DNA of 64,000 nt, taken from the NCBI GenBank assembly GCA_902535745.1, contig CACAUR010000003.1:8747-72746 (forward strand). The letters are read 5' to 3'. Positions 52,079 to 60,460 of this stretch are shown here, one piece after another. The position numbers and the translations under genes are program-made. Position 1 is the stretch's first letter. Each line of letters starts with the position of its first letter. The stretch is from an uncultured Pelagibacteraceae bacterium (GTDB taxonomy: Bacteria > Pseudomonadota > Alphaproteobacteria > Pelagibacterales > Pelagibacteraceae). A model generated the notes under the pieces. It did not search any database, had not been told where the DNA came from, and saw only the letters and a program-made list of their open reading frames with translations.

Positions 52079-54161
52079 GGAAAATTTTTCACCATTGTAT
52101 CCTGGAGCAGTATCATTGTTTATCAACTCTATGAATAAGTTGAGTGTTTTTAAAGGGAGAATTACAGTGTATGGTTCTACAGATCTAAATGAGAAATTCT
52201 CTGAAAACTACGTAAATATAAAATTAAAAAGAAGTTTTTTAAAAAGTCAAACGCGTGATTATGTAAATAAATTTGTTCAATTACATAAAGATCAAAATAC
52301 AGATATTATTGAAATACATAATAGGCCAAATTATATTGAATTTCTAAATTCCTTAAATACAAAAAAAGTTTTATACTTTCATAACGACCCTATATCGATG
52401 ATAGGATCGAAAACACCTTTGGAAAGAAAAGAATTAATAAGAAATTGTGCAAAAATAATTTTTAATAGCGAGTGGTCCAAAAAACAATTTTTAAAAAAGC
52501 TCGATAAATTTTACCATAAATCAGAAAAATTAGAGGTTATACATCAGTCAATTAACAAAGAAGATGTAAATATTTCTAAAAAAGAAAAATTAATTACATT
52601 TGTTGGAAAACTTAATTCAGCAAAAGGATATGATTTGTTTGGGAAATCAATTTTAAAAATTTTAGATAAACATAAAGACTGGAATTCTGTAGTCATTGGA
52701 GATGAGCCAAGAGAAAAATTAATATTTAAACATAAAAATTTAAAAGTATTAGGTTTTCAAAACCATTCTAAAGTTTTAAATGTTTTTAAAAAAACAAGTA
52801 TCGCAGTTGCTTGTTCAAGGTGGGAAGAACCTTTTGGTAGAACAAGTTTAGAGGCATCAAGTCGAGGATGTGCGGTTATTGTATCAAATAGAGGAGGTCT
52901 TCCAGAAACAATTACAAACGGCATTATCGTAAGAAATTTATCTGTTAATAATTTATATAATTCTATTGATAAACTTATAAAAAATAAAAAACAAAGACTT
53001 AATCTGCAACAATTATCTCTTCAAAACTTTTATCTAACAGATGAATATATTTGTAAAAAAATAGACAATTACAGAAAAAAAATTGTAAAATTTAATTTAA
53101 ACCTTAATGGATCTTTGAGTATTAAAAAATTAAAGATTTTGCATGTTACAAACTTTAATGAACGACACAATGGAAGATTATTTTATAATACAGGAAAAAG
53201 AATTAATAATGGACTTATTAGATTAAATCATAGTGTTTTAGAATTTAGTGACAGAGATATAGTTAGCTATTATAGAAGTTTAAATGATATAAATGGGTCA
53301 AAAAGATTAAATAGTAAATTAATTGAGGTAATAAGTAACTATGTCCCTGATATTATTATCCTCGGTCATGCCGACTTAATTAAAAAAGAAACTCTAAGTT
53401 TTATTAAAAAAAATTATCCAAAGATCAAAATATCTCAATGGTTCTTAGATAGGATGGATACTCAGTGGCTGAGTAATAAAAAAAGATTTTTAGATAAGAT
53501 AGATATGATGGATGCAAGTTTCTGTACAACAGAACCTAAATCACTCAACATACCCTCTAAGTATAAAGTACATTATATACCAAATCCTGTAGATGAATCT
53601 TTTGAAAAATTAGAAAATTATAGAAATAAAAATTTTAATAATGATGTTTTTTTTGCAATGAGTCATGGTGTTCACAGAGGAGTTCTCAAAAAAGGTAAGT
53701 TTGACCAAAGAGAAAATTTTATTAATAAATTAATCTCGGTTACTCCAAATGTAAGATTTGATTTATATGGAATGAATGGTGTTCAGCCAGTCTGGGCTGA
53801 TAACTATCTTTTAGCTATTTCTCAATCCAAAATAGGACTTAATTTGAGCCAAGGAAAACCAGCAGAACTTTATTCTAGTGATAGATTTGCTCAATTAATT
53901 GGTAATGGATTGCTTGTAATGGTAGATGAAAAAACTAAAATTGGAAATTTTTTCAATAAAGACGAAATTGTGCTTTATAAAAACATTAAAGATTTATCAT
54001 CAAAAATTATCAAATTTAGTAACGATAACAAGTTACGATGCAAAATTGCAAAAAAAGGGAGAGATAAATATTTTAAATACTTTAATTCAACTGTTGTAGC
54101 TGATTTTATTATAAATAAAACTTTTTGTACTAAAAAGAAATTTTATTGGGAAAACGTTTAA
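52050..54161 (+). CDS. two-domain glycosyltransferase (GT4-like plus CgeB/Glyco_trans_1_2-like)
   Basis: N-terminal GT-B with EEPFGRTSLEA...SNRGGLPE; C-terminal SKIGLNLS...YSSDRFAQ..GNG. Confidence 0.85.
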   Translation: MKISILLPYKENFSPLYPGAVSLFINSMNKLSVFKGRITVYGSTDLNEKFSENYVNIKLKRSFLKSQTRDYVNKFVQLHKDQNTDIIEIHNRPNYIEFLNSLNTKKVLYFHNDPISMIGSKTPLERKELIRNCAKIIFNSEWSKKQFLKKLDKFYHKSEKLEVIHQSINKEDVNISKKEKLITFVGKLNSAKGYDLFGKSILKILDKHKDWNSVVIGDEPREKLIFKHKNLKVLGFQNHSKVLNVFKKTSIAVACSRWEEPFGRTSLEASSRGCAVIVSNRGGLPETITNGIIVRNLSVNNLYNSIDKLIKNKKQRLNLQQLSLQNFYLTDEYICKKIDNYRKKIVKFNLNLNGSLSIKKLKILHVTNFNERHNGRLFYNTGKRINNGLIRLNHSVLEFSDRDIVSYYRSLNDINGSKRLNSKLIEVISNYVPDIIILGHADLIKKETLSFIKKNYPKIKISQWFLDRMDTQWLSNKKRFLDKIDMMDASFCTTEPKSLNIPSKYKVHYIPNPVDESFEKLENYRNKNFNNDVFFAMSHGVHRGVLKKGKFDQRENFINKLISVTPNVRFDLYGMNGVQPVWADNYLLAISQSKIGLNLSQGKPAELYSSDRFAQLIGNGLLVMVDEKTKIGNFFNKDEIVLYKNIKDLSSKIIKFSNDNKLRCKIAKKGRDKYFKYFNSTVVADFIINKTFCTKKKFYWENV

Positions 54162-55043
54162 ATGTTTTCAATTATTATTCCAACATTAAATAATTTAAAA
54201 TATTTAAGATTATGTATTAAAAGTTTAAGAAATAATTCAAATTATGAACATCAAATCATTCCCCATGTTAATATAGGTGAAGATGGTACTGTTAATTTTT
54301 TGGAAAATGAAAATATAGAATATACGTTTACAAAATATAATGCTGGAATTTGTGAGGGAATGAATATGGCTTCAAAAAAAGCAAAAAATGATTTTATCTT
54401 ATATTCGCATGATGATTTTTATTTTTGTCCTGAATGGGACATTATATTGAAAAATGAAATTGATAGAATTGGTCATAATAAGTTTTATTTATCAGGAATA
54501 ATGATGAATAATGGACCACTTAAATTTGATTGTGGAAACTCTTTAGAAAATTTTAATGAAAGCAAATTATTAGAAAATTATCAAAATATTAATCATTATG
54601 ACTTTCAAGGCTCTACTTGGGCTCCTCATTTAATACATAAAACTTTATGGAATAAAATTGGTGGTTTTAGTGAAGAGTATTATCCAGGCACAGGTTCTGA
54701 TCCAGATTTAAACATGAAACTATGGAAAGAGGGTGTTAGAATATTTAAAGGTGTTAACAATTGCAAAGTTTATCATTTTGGATCTATTGTAACTAGAAAT
54801 TATAAAAATCACCCTACAATTAAAACAGAGTCAGGAAGCAAAGGTGGAAAAATTTTTATTTTAAAATGGGGAATATCAATTAATTTTTTCAAGAGATTTT
54901 ACTTAAAATCTGACACAAAATACTCAGGGGAACTTGACAGTCCTAAAATAGGAATAGCATATCTGATTAATTTATTTTTATGTAAATTGAATTATATTTA
55001 TGTAAAGTTTATCTATAATAAATTTAACAAAATTAAATCTTGA
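54162..55043 (+). CDS. family 2 glycosyltransferase
   Basis: FSIIIPTLN, HDD, IGGFSEEY...SDPDL motifs. Confidence 0.88.
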   Translation: MFSIIIPTLNNLKYLRLCIKSLRNNSNYEHQIIPHVNIGEDGTVNFLENENIEYTFTKYNAGICEGMNMASKKAKNDFILYSHDDFYFCPEWDIILKNEIDRIGHNKFYLSGIMMNNGPLKFDCGNSLENFNESKLLENYQNINHYDFQGSTWAPHLIHKTLWNKIGGFSEEYYPGTGSDPDLNMKLWKEGVRIFKGVNNCKVYHFGSIVTRNYKNHPTIKTESGSKGGKIFILKWGISINFFKRFYLKSDTKYSGELDSPKIGIAYLINLFLCKLNYIYVKFIYNKFNKIKS

Positions 55044-55483
55044 AAAAAATGATATATATTTCACATAGAGGCTATATAAATGGTGTTGACGACAAACTTG
55101 AAAACAATCCAGATAATATTATTAAACTTTTAAAGAATAATGTGCATGTTGAAATTGATGTAAGATATCACAACGATAATTTTTACTTGGGACACGATGA
55201 GCCAAAATATAAAATCAGTAATGATTTTTTGAAACACAAAAATTTGTGGTGCCATGCAAAAGATTCTAAAACATTAGATCAAATTAGAAACGTGGATTGT
55301 CATTACTTTTGGCATCAAGAAGACGATTATACTCTAACAAGCAAAGGTTTTATTTGGGTATATCCAGGCAAACCATTAATTAAAAACTGTATTGCTGTAC
55401 TCCCAGAAAAATTTAAACAAGGTTTATCTATATGTCATGGAGTTTGTACAGATAATATTAAAAAATATTATAAAGATTTATGA
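55040..55483 (+). CDS. minimal PLC-like / glycerophosphodiester phosphodiesterase-fold protein
   Basis: ISHRG..., EN, VEIDVR, LGHD and GVCTD match the GDPD motif pattern in only 147 aa. Confidence 0.65.
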   Translation: MKKMIYISHRGYINGVDDKLENNPDNIIKLLKNNVHVEIDVRYHNDNFYLGHDEPKYKISNDFLKHKNLWCHAKDSKTLDQIRNVDCHYFWHQEDDYTLTSKGFIWVYPGKPLIKNCIAVLPEKFKQGLSICHGVCTDNIKKYYKDL

Positions 55484-56865
55484 AAATAAAAGGACTTATT
55501 TTTGATTTAGATGGTGTTTTAGTCGATACAAAAAAAATACATTTTGATGCATTAAATATTGCTCTCAAATCAATAAAATTTGAACCAATTTCATTTAAAG
55601 ATCATATTAATATTTATGATGGTTTACCTACCTTGGAAAAACTTAAGATTCTAAAAAGAAGACACGGTTTAAACAAAAAATTTTTTCAAAAAATTCAAAA
55701 AATAAAACAAATCGAGACACAAAATCTTTTGGGAAAAAATCTTAAATATAACCCAAAAATTTTTAAATTATTCTCAAAATTATCAAAAAAATATAAAATA
55801 TGTATAGCTACTAACGCAGTTAATAAAACTCTTCAAGTATGTTTAAAAAAATTAAGAATAAAAAAATTTATTTTTTCATCATTTTCTAACCAAGATGTGG
55901 TTAATAACAAGCCCCATCCTGAAATCTATTTAAAGTGTCTTATTGATATTGGTTGTAAACCTAATGAAACTCTAATTTTCGAAGACTCGTCACACGGTGT
56001 TATGGCTGCCCAGGATTCAGGTTGCCACTTATTTACTGTAAAAAATTTATCAGATATAAGTTATAATAATATTCTAAATTTTATGAAAAATCTGGAGAAA
56101 GATAAAAAACAAACTAGTAACTCAAATTATTGGTCTGATCCAAATTTAAATATCTTAATACCAATGGCAGGCGCCGGAAGTCGATTTAAAGAAGCCGGTT
56201 ATATTTTTCCAAAGCCTCTTATTGAAATAGATAATAAACCAATGATACAATGGGTTATTGAAAGTCTTAATTTAGAGGGTAATTTTATTTTTATAGTGCA
56301 AAAAGAGCATCAAGAAAAATATAACATTAATAGTGTTTTAAAAATATTAAAACCTAATTGTAAAATAATAGAATTGGATCATATTACCGAAGGCGCAGCG
56401 TGCACAACATTACTTGCAAAAGAATTTATTAATACTAGTAATCCGCTGATTATAGCTAACTCAGACCAATATATAAAATGGGATAGTATTAAGTCTATGT
56501 ATAATTATAATCAAAAAAAAATTGATGGTAGCATTCTTACATTTGAAGCAATCCACCCTAAATGGTCTTATGCAAAAACCGATGATAATAATTTTGTAAC
56601 AGAAGTTGCGGAGAAAAAAGTAATTTCTAAAAATGCTACTGTAGGTGTGTATTATTGGAAAAAAGGGAGTGACTATGTAAACTCTGCCGAGAATATGATT
56701 CAAAAAAATATACGAGTAAATAACGAATTTTATGTATGCCCAGTTTACAATGAAGCTATAGGCGAGGGAAAAAAAATAGTGATTGATAAGGTTTCAGAGA
56801 TGCATGGATTAGGAACACCTGACGATTTAAAAAACTTTATTACTAAAAAAAATTTAGTTAATTAA
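55480..56865 (+). CDS. HAD phosphatase fused to a sugar-phosphate nucleotidyltransferase-like domain
   Basis: N-terminal FDLDGVLVD, KPHPEIY, FEDS..G; C-terminal LIPMAGAGSRF..PKPL, VAEKK, NNEFYVCP, GLGTPDD. Confidence 0.85.
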   Translation: MKIKGLIFDLDGVLVDTKKIHFDALNIALKSIKFEPISFKDHINIYDGLPTLEKLKILKRRHGLNKKFFQKIQKIKQIETQNLLGKNLKYNPKIFKLFSKLSKKYKICIATNAVNKTLQVCLKKLRIKKFIFSSFSNQDVVNNKPHPEIYLKCLIDIGCKPNETLIFEDSSHGVMAAQDSGCHLFTVKNLSDISYNNILNFMKNLEKDKKQTSNSNYWSDPNLNILIPMAGAGSRFKEAGYIFPKPLIEIDNKPMIQWVIESLNLEGNFIFIVQKEHQEKYNINSVLKILKPNCKIIELDHITEGAACTTLLAKEFINTSNPLIIANSDQYIKWDSIKSMYNYNQKKIDGSILTFEAIHPKWSYAKTDDNNFVTEVAEKKVISKNATVGVYYWKKGSDYVNSAENMIQKNIRVNNEFYVCPVYNEAIGEGKKIVIDKVSEMHGLGTPDDLKNFITKKNLVN

Positions 56866-56869
56866 TTCC

Positions 56870-57634
56870 ATGAATTCAAAAAAGTTATTTGTAATAGCAT
56901 GCTATTATGATGGGTCTAATAGGTCTATTTTTGAATGTGTAAGCTCTATTCAAAAATATTATAAATCGCCACAAATTGCCGTAATTGATAGTAATTCACC
57001 TGATAAATCCTATTTTAAAAAATTAAAGGAAAAAGGAGTAATTGTTTATAACGCAAAAAATAAAAATTATGATACTGGAGCCTATTGGTATGCATACAAT
57101 AAGTTTGAAAAAGCAAATTTTTTTTATTTTCTTCAAGACTCTGTCATATTTAAAAAAAACCTATCTAAATATGAAAAAAACGATCTTACTACTTTTAGAT
57201 ACTTTATATCTTTAAATAGAGTAGGCGGACGAAAACTTGAAAAAACGAGAAAGAATATTCAAAACAAAATTCATGATTTATTCAGTAGAAAAAAAAAATA
57301 CAAAAATCATGATATTTATGGATTTGATTTTGAAAAACAGATTGAATGGTGCAGACTAAAATTAAACAAAACAGATTATTTTATGCCTAAAGTTTGGCTT
57401 AGTGTCTTTGGTCCAATATTTATGTGTAAGAAAATAGTTATGAAAAAGTTGTATAAAAAAAAATTTAATAAGATTCTACCAACAAATAAACTTGAACAAA
57501 TGTGTATGGAAAGGTTATTTGGTATTGCTTTTCAACAAGAAGGATACGATGCTTCAAATTCAATTCAAGGAGAACATTTTACTACTCCTTTTGAAACCTT
57601 GAATTTTCAAAAAAAGTTCTTCAAAAGAAAGTAA
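56870..57634 (+). CDS. putative glycosyltransferase-like protein (GT-A fold)
   Basis: VIDSNS.D, YDTGA, FLQDS and MERLFG motifs; lies in the glycosylation cluster. Confidence 0.55.
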   Translation: MNSKKLFVIACYYDGSNRSIFECVSSIQKYYKSPQIAVIDSNSPDKSYFKKLKEKGVIVYNAKNKNYDTGAYWYAYNKFEKANFFYFLQDSVIFKKNLSKYEKNDLTTFRYFISLNRVGGRKLEKTRKNIQNKIHDLFSRKKKYKNHDIYGFDFEKQIEWCRLKLNKTDYFMPKVWLSVFGPIFMCKKIVMKKLYKKKFNKILPTNKLEQMCMERLFGIAFQQEGYDASNSIQGEHFTTPFETLNFQKKFFKRK

Positions 57635-57636
57635 TT

Positions 57637-58494
57637 TCATGGTCTCTTGATAGACTTTAAGCCTTTGATTGCTGATAATAAAGCGTTTAACCTTATTTTA
57701 TAATGTTCTTCTCTTGCTATATCTTTTAATATTTTATAATAGAATAATTTAATTATTATTCTTATCATAATTGGCACAAAAACAATTAGACTATAAAGGT
57801 AACCTCTGTTTTTTTTAGCAAAATAAAATTTTGACCAAATGAAATGCCATGCATATAAGTTTTTAAGTTTATTAATCTCTTCCTTACTTGTTGTTTCTAC
57901 CGATGTACCAATCTCATGATATACCTTTTGAGAGTTTACTTGGTAAATTTTAAAGTTATTCTTATTTGATCTATAGCAATAATCAGTTTCTTCAAAATAA
58001 AGAAAGAAATTTTCATCAAATCCTTTATTTTTGTCAAATACTTCAGTACAAAAGAACATAGCAGATCCACTTATTGATTCTATCTGCCCAAATTTTTCGT
58101 TTATATTTGACTGCTTATGTGATTTCTCACTTACATTTTCAAATCTAGGCCCTAATGCTCCAAAATTATTATTTAATTCTTTTGCTGATTCATAAAAAAC
58201 ATTTATTAAATTATCATCAATTTTTTTCATATCGGGATTCAAAACAAAAAAGTATTTTGTAGTAACATGTGTTCTTGCTAAATTGATTGCACTTCCATAA
58301 CCATTATTTTCAGAAAATATAATTTTTATATTTTTATAATCATTAGAAAGTTCATTTCCTATTGATCTATCGTAGGAATTTTCAACTATTATTATCTTAA
58401 AATTGTTTGATATTTTTTTTATTAAATTTATAACTTTTTTTTTACTTCTATGAGATATTATAATAACTGTAACTTCTTTATATGAATTATTCAT
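57637..58494 (-). CDS. family 2 glycosyltransferase (rhamnosyltransferase-like)
   Basis: IIVENS, NNGYGSAIN, LNPD and GFDENFFLYFEETDYCYR motifs. Confidence 0.9.
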   Translation of the reverse strand: MNNSYKEVTVIIISHRSKKKVINLIKKISNNFKIIIVENSYDRSIGNELSNDYKNIKIIFSENNGYGSAINLARTHVTTKYFFVLNPDMKKIDDNLINVFYESAKELNNNFGALGPRFENVSEKSHKQSNINEKFGQIESISGSAMFFCTEVFDKNKGFDENFFLYFEETDYCYRSNKNNFKIYQVNSQKVYHEIGTSVETTSKEEINKLKNLYAWHFIWSKFYFAKKNRGYLYSLIVFVPIMIRIIIKLFYYKILKDIAREEHYKIRLNALLSAIKGLKSIKRP

Positions 58495-58507
58495 TTAAAA
58501 TATTTTT

Positions 58508-59461
58508 TTATATCTTAATTTTGTTCAGTGCATTATTCTTAAATATGTTAGCTTCTCTGATATATCTTCTAACCATTTGTGTTGTTTTATGTCCTGTCAT
58601 GGCCATTATACTTCTTTCATCAGCACCAGACTCTGCTGCTACAGTAGCAAATCCCGCCCTTAAACTGTGACCTGCAAAGTTTTTATTTTCTATACCAGCT
58701 AAGTTCAAATATTCTTTCATTAACAATACTACTGATTGATCTGTTAATCTCTTTTCTGTTAATGACGAGCCTTTAGAAAATCTTCTAAAAATAGGTCCAG
58801 ACTTAATCTTTGAAACTTCTAACCATTTCTTAAGACTAGTAACTGGACAATAAATTTCATTTGAGAAATAGGGTAGGCCTTTTATCATTCCCTCTCCAAA
58901 TTGATCTGTTTTTGATCTTTTGATAGTTATTTTAAGGCCTTCAGGCACAAACTCTAAGTCCTCATGGTCTATGGAAATTAGCTCGGTTCTTCTAAAACCA
59001 CCACCAAACCCAATAAGTATTATTGATCTATCTCTTAACTTTTTGATTTTCTCGTACTTTTGCTCATCTATTACATTAACTATAGATTTTAAATGATTGA
59101 TTAATATAGGTTTTTTACCTCTTTGAATACTTCCTTTCACCCTTTTAATACCTAACAAGTTCTCTGTAATAATTGGATGTTTTGTATCTAGGTAGTGACC
59201 TTTTAGCTTATGAACCATGCTAATTGATACCAATCTTCGTCTTATAGTGCTTATTTTAGAATTTTTTGATAAATGGGTAAGGTAGATAGACACTATTTTT
59301 GGCTCTGATGGCAATGAGTTCAGTCCATGTTTGGCACAAAAAGCCCCAAAGTCTTTAAAATCTGATTTATAAGCCCTTAATGTATTATTTGCTTTTGAAC
59401 TTTTTAGATTATTTAAAGTTGCCTCATGAAGCGATTTAAGATCTGTTGTTAATTTATTCAT
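58508..59461 (-). CDS. Cre-like tyrosine site-specific recombinase
   Basis: SAM-like N-domain (NTLRAYKSD, STIRRRLVSI) and full catalytic set: R (FRRTEL), K (RSKTDQ), HxxR (GHSLRAG), H (TGHK), Y (VRRYIR). The likely ATG is at 59461. Confidence 0.92.
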   Translation of the reverse strand: MNKLTTDLKSLHEATLNNLKSSKANNTLRAYKSDFKDFGAFCAKHGLNSLPSEPKIVSIYLTHLSKNSKISTIRRRLVSISMVHKLKGHYLDTKHPIITENLLGIKRVKGSIQRGKKPILINHLKSIVNVIDEQKYEKIKKLRDRSIILIGFGGGFRRTELISIDHEDLEFVPEGLKITIKRSKTDQFGEGMIKGLPYFSNEIYCPVTSLKKWLEVSKIKSGPIFRRFSKGSSLTEKRLTDQSVVLLMKEYLNLAGIENKNFAGHSLRAGFATVAAESGADERSIMAMTGHKTTQMVRRYIREANIFKNNALNKIKI

Positions 59462-59462
59462 A

Positions 59463-59497
59463 ATTACTATTGATAACAATTAATTATCATTAGTAAT
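59463..59497. other. lox/dif-like recombination site candidate (14-7-14)
   Basis: ATTACTATTGATAA-CAATTAA-TTATCATTAGTAAT: arms 13/14 complementary, asymmetric 7-bp spacer, 1 bp from the recombinase ATG. Confidence 0.7.
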
Positions 59498-59543
59498 AAT
59501 ATAAGTCATTTAAGATGTCAAGCAAATAAGTTAGTTTGTTTTT

Positions 59544-59708
59544 ATGTTAAAATATATAATTTTAGCTTTATCTTTTATTGGATTAGTTTTTTTTGTGCTG
59601 TTTAAATTTGAAAAATTGGATAAGCCTGAGAAAAAGAAATCTATATACATTTTGATAGCAATAGCAATTTTAAGTTTAGCTGGAGTCCTTTCATTGTTGT
59701 ACTTTTAG
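59544..59708 (+). CDS. 54-aa two-TM membrane protein (absent from the ORF track)
   Basis: MLKYIILALSFIGLVFFVLFKFEKLDKPEKKKSIYILIAIAILSLAGVLSLLYF*: two hydrophobic helices joined by a charged loop. Confidence 0.6.
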   Translation: MLKYIILALSFIGLVFFVLFKFEKLDKPEKKKSIYILIAIAILSLAGVLSLLYF

Positions 59709-59794
59709 AGTTATTAACGTTATTCACACCTATTCTGTTTAATCACTTAAAAAGTGATACATTCAACCTAAGTAGTTTGTTATTGTAAAATGAA

Positions 59795-59980
59795 TTAAGG
59801 GGCAACCCTTAACTGGCCGACTGGGGAAAGGCCGAGAGGACCAAGCCCAGGGGGCAGAAAGTCTTACGGAGTAGCGCTAAAATCGTAGGGCGGAAGGCAT
59901 GGCGGTAGCGCATACAACGACGTGCCAAAACTACTGTTCTTTGCACCGTTAAAAGTGCAAGGAAACAGGGGTTTTTCTTC
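59795..59980 (+). ncRNA. structured non-coding RNA candidate upstream of the MGMT gene
   Basis: GC-rich island with five hairpins, GCAA and GAGA GNRA tetraloops, a -10-like TAAAAT just upstream, and a final hairpin followed by a U-rich tract. Confidence 0.75.
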
Positions 59981-60250
59981 ATGAAAGGTACTAAATTTCA
60001 ATTAAAAGTCTGGAATTATCTTAAAAAAATACCTAGGGGATCCGTAAAAACATATAAAGAAGTAGCTATAGCAATAAATAAGCCAAAATCAGCTCGTGCG
60101 GTTGCTAATGCCTGTGCTAAGAACCCTTTTGCTCCAAACATACCCTGTCATAGGGTTATTAGGTCTGATGGAGGGCTAGGAGGTTATTCTGGAAGAGGTG
60201 GAGTTGATAAAAAATTGAAATTGCTGATGTCAGAAAAGGTTGATATTTAA
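59981..60250 (+). CDS. ogt: minimal O6-methylguanine-DNA methyltransferase (C-terminal domain only)
   Basis: FQLKVW..L.KIP.G...TY, ARAVANAC and PCHRV (active Cys). Confidence 0.9.
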   Translation: MKGTKFQLKVWNYLKKIPRGSVKTYKEVAIAINKPKSARAVANACAKNPFAPNIPCHRVIRSDGGLGGYSGRGGVDKKLKLLMSEKVDI

Positions 60251-60324
60251 GGCTTTTTTTCACTTAAAAAACCAATAAAATCAACGTTTTTTTTGTATTC
60301 AAGCTATAAATTGATATTATTTAT

Positions 60325-60460
60325 AGATTCAACGATCAGTTGCAGCATTCTGAGGGTAATTCTTAAAATTGACCCCTCTATGGCCGTTTAAATAGTATAT
60401 TCGTTATATGCATTGGTCTGTAATTATAAAATAACAATAGTTTTAGACACCCTTTTTTTT
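60325..60460 (+). ncRNA. second structured ncRNA candidate downstream of the MGMT gene
   Basis: GATCAGTTGCA/TGCATTGGTC enclosing stem, GAGGGTAATT/AATTGACCCCTC hairpin, a 3' hairpin, then CCC-T8. TATTAT -10-like element upstream; no ORF. Confidence 0.5.

Noticed and set aside
50533-59497. Idea that the Cre-like recombinase mobilises the tRNA-Glu cassette or a 9-kb island
   Set aside because: The protein has no arm-binding domain, its adjacent palindrome does not resemble the tRNA core or the GC-rich repeats, and there is no tRNA fragment near it.
59525-59552. TTATGTTAAAA (59542-59552) matches 10/11 of the XerD arm of canonical dif
   Set aside because: No XerC-like arm lies 6 bp upstream (AATAAGTTAGT), and the match coincides with the start codons of the 54-aa ORF. 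Likely chance in AT-rich DNA.
59904-59913. GGTAGCGCAT in the ncRNA is identical to the tRNA-Pro D-arm (46466-46475)
   Set aside because: Only 10 nt, with no T-arm or cloverleaf, so it is not a tRNA remnant.
59795-59980. Assignment of the RNA as RNase P, SRP, tmRNA, a known riboswitch or a recombinase guide RNA
   Set aside because: It lacks GAGGAAAGUCC, the SRP helix-8 motif, a tag ORF and riboswitch cores. I found no complementarity to the lox-like or att sites.
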